NCBI GenBank assembly: GCA_046484865.1
Contig: JAWOID010000018.1
Span: 77,631 to 141,630 of the forward strand
Direction of reading: 5' to 3'
Length of the DNA: 64,000 nucleotides
Source of the DNA: Candidatus Krumholzibacteriia bacterium
GTDB taxonomy: Bacteria > Krumholzibacteriota > Krumholzibacteriia > LZORAL124-64-63
Positions 32,941-41,546 of this stretch are shown here, piece by piece (the first letter of the stretch is position 1; each line of letters starts with the position of its first letter). Both the position numbers and the translations under genes were made by a program. Below the pieces are notes generated by a model. That model saw only the letters and a program-made list of their open reading frames with translations, ran no database searches and was not told the origin of the DNA.

Positions 32941-35028
32941 CTAGAACGACTCCATGAGTGCGACGTGCAGTTTCGCCAGATCGAAATCGACGCGGCCCGG
33001 AAATCCCACCGCCAGCGAGATGTCGCCGCCGGGCGTGGAGGTCTGCAGGCCGAGTCCGAAACCCCAGGGCGATTCGCTGCGCTCGAGCAGGGTTTCCGGG
33101 TCGTCGGCCGCCCGGCTGGCGAATTCAGAGTAGCCGAGGTCCACGAACGTGTAAACCCGCGAGCCGCCGGGCCGTCCGAGCCGCAATTCCACCCCGCCGT
33201 GCGCCACGGTCTCGCCGTGGAACTCGTCCTCGCGGTAGCCACGCAGGCTGCGGGCACCGCCGAAGAAGAAGTGCTCGGCGAGCGGGGCCGGCTCGTCGCC
33301 GCCGGTGAGCTGGCGATACGCGGCACGAGCGGAGAGGCTCGTGGACGGCCCCAGCCACAGCTCGCCACCCACGTCGCCGGCGATGATGCGCTGGTTCTCC
33401 ACGGTGCCCACCGCCGACTCCTCGGTTCCCGGCACGGTGCGACGCACGGATTCCCGCCGCGCCTCCTCCACCGCGAGCAGCGCGCTCCACCCGCTGCGCA
33501 GCAGGCTGCCCCGCCGGTGGAAGAACGCCACCCGCCCGCGCAGGCGGCTCGTGTGTCCGAGGCTGCCCACCGGGAAGGTGTTGCGGTCCCAGCCCCACCC
33601 CAGTTCCACGCCCCAGAACGCGACCACGGGCAGTTGCCAGCGATTCTCGACCGTGAACCGCGTGTAGGCCCCGGTGGCGATCTCGTGCTCGACCCCGAGT
33701 TCGGTGTCGAAATCCGTGCCGAGCACCAGCGGTTCCAGGTAGCCGAAGCCGAAGCTGCGGCGGTCGCGGCCGTCGTCGGTCCAGCGCGATGTCAGGCTCC
33801 GGCCCGTGCCCGCGATGTTCGGCAGGCTCAGGTCCACCTGACCGCTGACCCGGCCTCCGCCCTCCGCGTCCTGGGCGTAGCCCAGGAGCACGGCCAGCCG
33901 GTTCGCGCGCCGGCGCGGCGTCACGGGCAGGTGCACGCCCACGGTGTCGGCCGCCGACGTCAGGTAGATCAGCGGCTCGCCGACATCGGCGTAGAGGTCG
34001 CGGGCCTCCAGCCGTTCCCGCGCCCGCACGAGATCGCTCTCCCGGAAGGGCCGTCCCGCCCGCAGGCCCGAAGCCTCCGCCACGAAGCGACGGGCGCGCA
34101 AGCTGGCGAGGTCACTGCTGATCCGACCGACCACCGTCGGGGTGCCGGGGATGAGGACGGCCGTCAGCGACACGGTGGCGGCGACCGGGTCGATCGTCGC
34201 CTCCCGGACGGTCCAGCGCGCGAAAGCGTGGCCGGTTTCGCCCGCCGCCGCCAGCAATTCGTCGGCCACCGCGTCCACCGCCGCCGGACGGAACGGGTCT
34301 CCCCGCCGCGGCAACCTCGCCTCGAGCAGGCGATCTCGGCCCGGGAAGTCGACGCCTTCCACGACGAGGCTACCCACGCGATACTGCGGCCCCGGCGCCA
34401 CCCGCACCACCGCCTCCTCCGCCGCTTCCGCGGTCTCCGCCGCGCCCGTTCCCTGGGCGTGGCCGCCGACCTCGCCGGTGCCGCCGCCGGCGTCAACTCG
34501 CGGCGACGGCAGCCGCCGCAACTGCACGCCGAGGTAGCCACGCTCGATCCAGCGGTCCCGCAGCTGCGACAGCAGGTCGCGACGGCCGCTCAGACCCGCG
34601 GTCGCGGTGTCCGGCGCCGTCGGCGGCAGGCGCTGCAGCACCGAGTCGGCCCAGGCCGAGGCTCCGGCGGGATCGACGGCCGCGGCGAGGCCCGTCTCGC
34701 CCGGTCCGGCGTCCGGACCGCCAGGCGGCGGCAACAGGACTGCCGGCTGGCGAGCCAGCCAGGCGGCATCGCGGGCCAGGTGCTCGCGCAGGGCCTTCAC
34801 GGCGCTATCCGGCGGCGCCAGCGTCAGACGGATCCGCGGCGCGACGGCGCTCGCCCGCGCACCTTCCTGCGCGGCGGCCGCCGCCGGCAACGCCAGCGCC
34901 GCGGCCCCGACCAGGCCGGCTGCCAGCGTGAGGGCGGCGGATCGCCGCCTCGCCGTGGCGATGGAGCGGCGGAGAGCGGAAGCTTCCCGGCGCCGATCAG
35001 AACCGTGCCGTCGATTCCAGGCGGACAT
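32941..35028 (-). CDS. Omp85 (BamA/TamA-like) outer-membrane protein with POTRA domains
   Basis: Signal peptide, POTRA-like repeats, NIAGTGR, YLEP, FFFGGARSLRGYREDEF (VRGY-like), GFGLGL, C-terminal Phe. Start 35028 or 35052. Confidence 0.85.
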   Translation of the reverse strand: MSAWNRRHGSDRRREASALRRSIATARRRSAALTLAAGLVGAAALALPAAAAAQEGARASAVAPRIRLTLAPPDSAVKALREHLARDAAWLARQPAVLLPPPGGPDAGPGETGLAAAVDPAGASAWADSVLQRLPPTAPDTATAGLSGRRDLLSQLRDRWIERGYLGVQLRRLPSPRVDAGGGTGEVGGHAQGTGAAETAEAAEEAVVRVAPGPQYRVGSLVVEGVDFPGRDRLLEARLPRRGDPFRPAAVDAVADELLAAAGETGHAFARWTVREATIDPVAATVSLTAVLIPGTPTVVGRISSDLASLRARRFVAEASGLRAGRPFRESDLVRARERLEARDLYADVGEPLIYLTSAADTVGVHLPVTPRRRANRLAVLLGYAQDAEGGGRVSGQVDLSLPNIAGTGRSLTSRWTDDGRDRRSFGFGYLEPLVLGTDFDTELGVEHEIATGAYTRFTVENRWQLPVVAFWGVELGWGWDRNTFPVGSLGHTSRLRGRVAFFHRRGSLLRSGWSALLAVEEARRESVRRTVPGTEESAVGTVENQRIIAGDVGGELWLGPSTSLSARAAYRQLTGGDEPAPLAEHFFFGGARSLRGYREDEFHGETVAHGGVELRLGRPGGSRVYTFVDLGYSEFASRAADDPETLLERSESPWGFGLGLQTSTPGGDISLAVGFPGRVDFDLAKLHVALMESF

Positions 35029-38000
35029 CGTGCTCCCACCTCCTCTCGCCACGCTTGCGCGCGAAGTAGCTGGCCGAGAACGAAACCCAGCGCGAGGCGT
35101 CCCAGCCGAGTCGGAGCTGCGCTTCCACGTTGCGCCCCGGCAGGGGATAGAAGAATGGACGACGAGCGCCCGCGGGCTCCTCGCTGGTGACCTCCGCCAC
35201 GCGCAGATCCGTCTGCACGCTCCACCGCTGTGACCAGCGCCAGCGAATGCCGGGACGGATCGCCAGCTCCAGCTGCGTCACGCCGGAGACCGCGTCCTCG
35301 CGATCGATCGCCTCGCCCGCCAGCGAGAGGCGATTGCCGCCCCGGGGGCGGAACGCGACCTCCGTTTCCAGACGCCGGACCAGCGATTCGTAGCTGCGCC
35401 GGCTGCTGAACTCGCTGGCGTCGGTGCGACGCCGCTCGTCCTGGTGCTGCCCGCGGGCCCTCAGGGTGGTGCGCGCAGTGGGACTCCAGGTGACCGTGGC
35501 GTGCCAGTTGCGGTCGAGCCGGTCCTCGATGGTGGTGGCGTATTGCCGGTCGCGGCCCTCCACGTAACCGTAGCCGAGGCGCAGGTCCCAGGAGCGCAGG
35601 TGGCGCAGGAGCGCCAGCTCCTCGTCGAACGTGACTCGCGCCAGCACCGCCTCCTCTGCGAAGAGCGCCCCTCGCGAGAGCCGCAGCAAGGGCGCCACCT
35701 CGTCCGCGGTGCTGCGCGCCTCCACCGCGGCGCGGGTGGTGGCGGTCCAGGCGCCCCAGATCCGCTCCTGCCCCAGGAAGCCGAAGCCCTGCGTCCAGGT
35801 CAGGTCGGCCGCCACCCGGGTGGTGGCCACGAGGCTGTCGGTGCCGGCGGTCACCACGTTGAAGTCGCCCTGACCGCGACCGACGAAGTCGCCCGCGGCG
35901 TCGTAGTCGCCCTGCCCCTCGCCCACGAAGATGATCTCCCGGCCGAGCACCTCGGCGCGGCTGTTGTCCACGCCGTACCCCAGGTGCCAGTCGCTGCCCA
36001 GCCGCGGCCAGCGGGCCGCCAGATCGGCGCGCGCCAGCCGGGTGGTCTCGTCCGGCAATCGCGGCCGCTCGGTGCGCCGCATCGTGGCGCTGGCGTCGAG
36101 GCGCACGCCGGCCAGCTGCGGCGTGGTGACCTGCGCCCGCATCGTGCGCGAGTCGCGTGCGCGCTGCCAGGATCCGGCGCGCAATGAATCGGCCTCGCTG
36201 CGCTCCAGGTCGAACGTCCAGGCCAGACGACGTCCCGGACCCTGGGAGAGCGAGCCGCCCCAGCGCCGCAGGCGCGACCCCGCCGCGCTACCCTCCCCGC
36301 CGGCGGCATCTTCCCAGCGTTCCTCCTCGAAGCGCACCGCCGGAACCGCCAGCCCGACCACGTTCCAGCTCGCCCGGTGCGCCTGCGCGAAGCGTTCGAT
36401 GTCCAGCGGATCGTCCCGGTCGCGAGCCGAACCGGCTGCGATGCGACTGTTTCCCCGGCCGCCTGCCCATGTCCAGTCCGCGACGGCAGCGGTCCGGTCC
36501 GCCTCCAGCGCGGCGCCGCGATCGAGCCGGCCCCAGTCGCCCCTCAGACGCAGGCCGCGCCGTCCGCCGCCCGTCTCCCAGGCGGCCCCCAGGCCGAGTT
36601 CGCGCTCCGCCTCGGCGAGGAATCCCTCGCGCCGGGCGCGCTGGTCGAGCCCCCAGACGGCGTAATCGAACACGCTCTTGTGCAGCAGGAAGGGCTCGAA
36701 GTTCGCATCGCGGGACTCGAGGAACCCGGCGACCGTGCCGCGACCCAGGTTCGCGCCGCCGAGGCCGAGATCGCTCCTGCCCGTGCTGAACGACACCCGC
36801 CCGGCCCGGCCGGCGTCGTCGCCGGTATCGAGATCCGAGAGCCGGTTGCGCTCGAACGCGCTGGCGTGCCCCTCCGCCTGCAGGTAGGCACCCGTGGTGT
36901 CTCCCATCACCACGCCCATGGTCACCAGGCGATGCCGCTCCGGCAACGGCAGCGGCCGTCCCACCCGGTAGGCTCCCCCGCCATCGCCCTGGAACACGTA
37001 CACCCGCTGGCCGGTCTCCGTGAGGGTCTCCAGGTCGTAGTCTCCCAGTCCCCGGCCGACATGGTGGAACGACACGTTCCAGTCGCCGCCGCCCGGCGCG
37101 AAGACGTAGATGACCCTGCCGCCCTCCTCGACGCGATCGTACTGGCCGGTGCCCGGTTCGGCGGCAGGCACGGCTCCGGGCGCGATCGCGCGGGCGGGAT
37201 CGTCGCCGGCGGCGCGCAGGACCTCCTCGTCGGCCTCGCTCAGCTCTCCCGTCCGCAGCCGCCGCGGGTCGTCCGCCTCCTCCGTGATACGCACCTGCAG
37301 GCGCGCGAGCCCCCCGGGAAGCAACGGGACGTCCGTCGCGGCGCCCGCGCCGCCGCCGACCACCGTACGCGAGTAGGCCCCCTCGCCTTCCTCGAACTCG
37401 ACGACGATCGTCGACTCCGCGGTGACGAGTTGCCGGTAGGTGAAGGTGATCGTGCCGCGCACGTAGTCGACCACGTAGTCGCGATCCGCGCCGCGGGTCA
37501 GCGCTCGTCCGTCCAGCGCCACCCGCTCCGATCCCGCCACGATGAACACGTTGGCACCGGTGTCGCCGCCGCCCAGGAAGTAGGGTCCCTGGTTCGACTC
37601 CTCGCCGCGGAATTGCACCGTCCGGTACCGGCCCCGGGGCGACCCGGCGAGTCCCTCGACGTGGAACCCGCCCGGCCGGGCGGCGAAGCTCGCGCCCTGC
37701 AGCTTGCGCCGGTAGCCGCCGAAGACGGTGCCGCTGCGCAGGGCCACGAAGTCGCCGAGAGTGGCGTTCCACCCGGGCGCGTCGAGCTGGACGAGCACCT
37801 TGTCCACGTCACGCAGTTCCTCGGTGTTCCCCTCGGGCACCACCGGGAGGTTGTCGTCGGAGAGGAACGCATTCACGCGGATATCGTCCGTCAGCTGCCC
37901 CGAGATCGAGAGCCGCAGGTTCTGGTCCACCGTCAGGTCGCGCCGGCTGCCCGACGACACCCGCACGGCCTTGCTGCCGCGCACGGTGAGATCGCTCCCG

Positions 38001-38548
38001 GTCAGTCGTCGCGCCCCGGCGCCGTCCTCGAGCAGATCGGCGTCCCCGCTCGTTCCCGTCGGAGCCTGCCGAGGCGGCGGTGGCACCAGCTCGTGCAGGT
38101 CGCGCCGGGAGGAGACGGGCACGGGCAGGAAGCGGTAGCGGACGATGACGAGCGCGTCGGAACCATCGGCCGCGGACCACGGGCGCAGCGGCACCACCTG
38201 CCCACGCCGTCCGAGGACGCGGAAATCGCGCCCCTCGCTCCAGCTCCGGCCGTCCACGTAGACCGTGACGCTCGCAGGATCGATGTAGCCGTGCGCCAGC
38301 TGCAGTGCTCGCGTGGCCGGCGGCACGCGGACGAACTCGGTCTCGGTCAGGTACCCCGCGGCCAGATCCGGGGGCCCATCCGTGGTCAGGGTGTCGGGTG
38401 GTGAGTCGGCGAGCGCCGGCGGAGCGGCGGCGAACGCCAGCGCGACGACGGCGGCCGCCAGGCGAGCAGCGGCGTCGACACGGCGGCGGCGGCGGCGGTC
38501 GGATGCTGGCGTCGGAGCACGGATCGGCCGGACGGCCGGATCATTCAT
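34997..38548 (-). CDS. Large (1183 aa) putative outer-membrane beta-barrel protein
   Basis: Signal peptide; GSKAVRVSSG..DQNLRLSISGQL..DDNLPVVPEGNTEELRDVDKV block; AGSERV and DYVVDYVRGTITF; beta-strand-rich C-terminal half ending ESTARF. Confidence 0.7.
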   Translation of the reverse strand: MNDPAVRPIRAPTPASDRRRRRRVDAAARLAAAVVALAFAAAPPALADSPPDTLTTDGPPDLAAGYLTETEFVRVPPATRALQLAHGYIDPASVTVYVDGRSWSEGRDFRVLGRRGQVVPLRPWSAADGSDALVIVRYRFLPVPVSSRRDLHELVPPPPRQAPTGTSGDADLLEDGAGARRLTGSDLTVRGSKAVRVSSGSRRDLTVDQNLRLSISGQLTDDIRVNAFLSDDNLPVVPEGNTEELRDVDKVLVQLDAPGWNATLGDFVALRSGTVFGGYRRKLQGASFAARPGGFHVEGLAGSPRGRYRTVQFRGEESNQGPYFLGGGDTGANVFIVAGSERVALDGRALTRGADRDYVVDYVRGTITFTYRQLVTAESTIVVEFEEGEGAYSRTVVGGGAGAATDVPLLPGGLARLQVRITEEADDPRRLRTGELSEADEEVLRAAGDDPARAIAPGAVPAAEPGTGQYDRVEEGGRVIYVFAPGGGDWNVSFHHVGRGLGDYDLETLTETGQRVYVFQGDGGGAYRVGRPLPLPERHRLVTMGVVMGDTTGAYLQAEGHASAFERNRLSDLDTGDDAGRAGRVSFSTGRSDLGLGGANLGRGTVAGFLESRDANFEPFLLHKSVFDYAVWGLDQRARREGFLAEAERELGLGAAWETGGGRRGLRLRGDWGRLDRGAALEADRTAAVADWTWAGGRGNSRIAAGSARDRDDPLDIERFAQAHRASWNVVGLAVPAVRFEEERWEDAAGGEGSAAGSRLRRWGGSLSQGPGRRLAWTFDLERSEADSLRAGSWQRARDSRTMRAQVTTPQLAGVRLDASATMRRTERPRLPDETTRLARADLAARWPRLGSDWHLGYGVDNSRAEVLGREIIFVGEGQGDYDAAGDFVGRGQGDFNVVTAGTDSLVATTRVAADLTWTQGFGFLGQERIWGAWTATTRAAVEARSTADEVAPLLRLSRGALFAEEAVLARVTFDEELALLRHLRSWDLRLGYGYVEGRDRQYATTIEDRLDRNWHATVTWSPTARTTLRARGQHQDERRRTDASEFSSRRSYESLVRRLETEVAFRPRGGNRLSLAGEAIDREDAVSGVTQLELAIRPGIRWRWSQRWSVQTDLRVAEVTSEEPAGARRPFFYPLPGRNVEAQLRLGWDASRWVSFSASYFARKRGERRWEHDVRLESTARF

Positions 38549-39572
38549 AGAGGATCCGGAAGATCAGCACCGCGGCACGCGCCCGGTCGGCCACCGCCAG
38601 CAGGTCGTCCGGTCCCACCGCGACATCGACCGGAGCCTGGAAGACGGCCGCCAGGGGCAGGTCCCGTGCGGCGGAGTGGAGGAAATCGCCGCCGGGGCCG
38701 ATCACGTGCACCGCGCCGGCCGCCGGATCGGCGACGAAGACGTTGCCGTGGTGGTCGGCGGCGAGCCCCTGGGGAGTTCGCAGCGGGTTGTCCACGGCCC
38801 ACTCCCCGCCGTAGGTGGCCTCCCAGAAACCGAGCCGGTTGAATCGCTGCAGTCGCGCGTTCCCCTGGTCCGACACGACGAAGCTGCCGTCCGGCAGGAA
38901 CGCGACCCCGGCGGGCTGCTGGAACTGCTCGTCGTGGCGGCCCGGCCCGCCCACCCGCTGCGTCAGGGCGAGGAAGGGATCGAAGATCAGCACCTGCTCC
39001 TCGACGCCGTCGGTGACGACGAGCCGCCCGTCGCGGTCGACGGCCATGGCCGTGGGCAGCGTGTCGTCCGCAGGATCGATGTTACGGAAGTTGAGCAGGC
39101 GATCCTGGAACGCGCCGCCCAGCTGGAACCGATGCAGCAGGCGCGAGCCGGCGTCCAGGACCCAGACGCTGAAACCGTCCACCACCACGTCCACCGGCCG
39201 GTACGGGCGCACGCCCGCCGTGTCGAACTCGTACCACACGACCCGCTCGGGATCGAAGCCGAACACGCGCCCCCGCTTGTCGTCGGCCAGCACCAGGGTA
39301 CCGTCGCGCCCGAACCCGACCGCGACCAGTCCCTCCAGGGGGTAATAAGGCGCGTTCCGCTCGTTCTCGTAGACGCGGACGAACTCCAGCGACACCGGCC
39401 GCGTGCCCGGCCGTGCGATCGGCCCGCGCTCTGCCCCGGGCGCTGGCTCCGCGGGCGCAGGGCCCTCGCCCGCCGGTCTGCCGCCGCCTCCGGCGCAGGC
39501 TCCGAGCCCGAGCGCCAGCAGGGCCGCCATCGCGGCCGCCGCCAGCCATGGCCGCGGTGATCGCCGCTTCAT
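38541..39572 (-). CDS. NHL-repeat beta-propeller lipoprotein
   Basis: Lipobox LGA|C; repeated F..P.GVA..DG..VVSD..N.R.Q.F units. Confidence 0.85.
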   Translation of the reverse strand: MKRRSPRPWLAAAAMAALLALGLGACAGGGGRPAGEGPAPAEPAPGAERGPIARPGTRPVSLEFVRVYENERNAPYYPLEGLVAVGFGRDGTLVLADDKRGRVFGFDPERVVWYEFDTAGVRPYRPVDVVVDGFSVWVLDAGSRLLHRFQLGGAFQDRLLNFRNIDPADDTLPTAMAVDRDGRLVVTDGVEEQVLIFDPFLALTQRVGGPGRHDEQFQQPAGVAFLPDGSFVVSDQGNARLQRFNRLGFWEATYGGEWAVDNPLRTPQGLAADHHGNVFVADPAAGAVHVIGPGGDFLHSAARDLPLAAVFQAPVDVAVGPDDLLAVADRARAAVLIFRILYE

Positions 39573-39585
39573 GTCGATCCTCCCG

Positions 39586-40521
39586 TCAGAAGCTGCGCGA
39601 GACCACGCAACGCGAGGTCGGCGCATCCCAGACCGGCGCCACGTCAAGGGCCACGTTCCAGCCCATGACGTCCGCGCCGAGGGTCGGCTCCGAACCGCCG
39701 GACCCGCCGTTGCGCACGGCGTCGTACACCGAGACCGCCCGGTTGATCACCGCGAACAGGATCATGAAGTCGCGCCGGTCGTAGGCGTTCTGCGCGTCGG
39801 CGCGCAGATCCTGGTAGGCCCGCTGGCGCTCCTCGTTCCGCCACTGCCAGGCCGCGTCGCCGCTGATGAGCGGCGGCGGCGGCTCCTGCAGGGCCCGCGC
39901 CTCGCGCAGCAGCGACTCGTTGTAGGCATCGCTGTCCATGTACCGGCCCACGGACTGCCAGTACCGGTCGTCGCGGTCGCCCGACGTGCCGGCGTAGATG
40001 CCGGCGTACTCGATGTAGTCGTCGGTGCGATGATCGCCCTGGGTGTCGAACACGAGGTAGGTGCCCCAGACGGCGAGTTCCGCGCCCGCCATCAGGTACG
40101 CCTTGGTGCGATCGCCGTTGTAGAACTGGCCGGCGCCGGGCAGCACCAGGGACAGGAGCCCCGCCTTGATCTTCGCGCCGGTCGCGCCCGAACCGCTCTC
40201 GCCGACGGACTCGCGTGGCGTACCGCGCGTGCCGCCGATCTGTGCGCGCGGCTCGAACCCGCCCCACCGGGCGAGCGCCAGACCGTCCCCGGCCGGCGCG
40301 GCGAGTGCGCGCTCCGCCGCCGCTAGCCCACTGCCGGGCACGACCGGAACTCCGGCGGCCGCGTTCCCCGGCTCCGCCGCCGCCGCGGCGGGGCCGAGCA
40401 TCAGCAGCATCGGCAACAGCAGGGCCAGACGGCCCGGCGTGGCGAGTTCGCGCGACTTGTCTCCGGGCCGGCGCCGGTCGTCGGAATGCTGCACCTGGCG
40501 ACTCCTTCGTCTGCGATCCAT
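39586..40521 (-). CDS. Hypothetical membrane/outer-membrane protein (DUF5683-like), paralog B
   Basis: SLVLPGAGQFYNG motif, hydrophobic helix, C-terminal Phe; TGATG coupling to the upstream gene. Confidence 0.6.
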   Translation of the reverse strand: MDRRRRSRQVQHSDDRRRPGDKSRELATPGRLALLLPMLLMLGPAAAAAEPGNAAAGVPVVPGSGLAAAERALAAPAGDGLALARWGGFEPRAQIGGTRGTPRESVGESGSGATGAKIKAGLLSLVLPGAGQFYNGDRTKAYLMAGAELAVWGTYLVFDTQGDHRTDDYIEYAGIYAGTSGDRDDRYWQSVGRYMDSDAYNESLLREARALQEPPPPLISGDAAWQWRNEERQRAYQDLRADAQNAYDRRDFMILFAVINRAVSVYDAVRNGGSGGSEPTLGADVMGWNVALDVAPVWDAPTSRCVVSRSF

Positions 40522-41456
40522 CAGAACGACACCGCCGCGCCCACCCGCGACGAGGTGAACCCACGCGGTTCGGCGATGATCTCCACCCTGTGGCCGGCCA
40601 CCTTCAGCGCGCTGCCTTCGTCGTCGCCCCCGAGCAGGCCCTGCAGGTAGGCCACCTGCAGCACGCTGAACACGCGCAGGCCGATGTTCACGTAGACCAG
40701 CGTGTCCCGGTTGCCGAAGGCGTCGTTCGATTCCTTGCGCAGCGCCCGATAGGTCTCGCGGTTGCGCGAGACCCATGGCTGCTGCAGGTCGATCACGCCG
40801 CCCGTCGGGTCGTAGACGATGCCTGAGGGCGGATCGTCCGGCCGGCGGAAATCGTCCCAGCCGAACACGAACTGGTCCCACTTGCCGAGGTTCTCGTAGT
40901 ACTCGCGCCGGTCGTCCTCCTTGGCGATGAACAGCGGGGGCAGGCCGGTCTGATTGTCTACTGCGTAGTACTCCAAACCATAGCCGGCGATGTACTCGTC
41001 GTCAGCGAGAACATTGTAAGCAGCCTTGAACTTGTCCTCGCTCCAGTGAGCGTCGGCGAACGCGTAGTACTCGTCGCGCGTGTCCTCGCCTTCCTGGTTG
41101 TAGTGGTGCACGCCGTACCACGCGGCCAGGTCCGCGGCCATCATCAGCCAGCCTCGCTTGTGGCCCAGGTAGACTTCGCCTGCCCCGGGCAGGACCGCCG
41201 ACATCACGATCGGCAGCACCGTGGAACCTCCGCCGCGGCCCACGCGCCGCGATTCCGGCTCGTATCGGTCGCCGCCGATCTCGGTCTGGCTGAGCGGACC
41301 GCCGCTGCGCAGCGCGCTTTCCAGCGCCCCGCGCTCCAGCCCCGAACCGCGCTCCGAGCGCGTGAGGGCACCCGACGCCCACACCGGGGTCGTCACGGCC
41401 GCCATCGTGAAAAGGCCGGCCAGCAGCGTGGCCAGGATCAGGTTCGAGCGTCGCAT
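40521..41456 (-). CDS. Hypothetical membrane/outer-membrane protein (DUF5683-like), paralog A
   Basis: Signal peptide, SAVLPGAGEVYLG motif, EYYENLGKWDQFVFGWDD, C-terminal Phe. Confidence 0.65.
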   Translation of the reverse strand: MRRSNLILATLLAGLFTMAAVTTPVWASGALTRSERGSGLERGALESALRSGGPLSQTEIGGDRYEPESRRVGRGGGSTVLPIVMSAVLPGAGEVYLGHKRGWLMMAADLAAWYGVHHYNQEGEDTRDEYYAFADAHWSEDKFKAAYNVLADDEYIAGYGLEYYAVDNQTGLPPLFIAKEDDRREYYENLGKWDQFVFGWDDFRRPDDPPSGIVYDPTGGVIDLQQPWVSRNRETYRALRKESNDAFGNRDTLVYVNIGLRVFSVLQVAYLQGLLGGDDEGSALKVAGHRVEIIAEPRGFTSSRVGAAVSF

Positions 41457-41546
41457 CGCGTTCTGCGCCTTCCGTTCGGGTGCTGCCCGGACCGTTCGTC
41501 GCGTGCGGTCGCGGTCCTCTGCCGGGGGGCCGGTCGGGTGCGGAAC

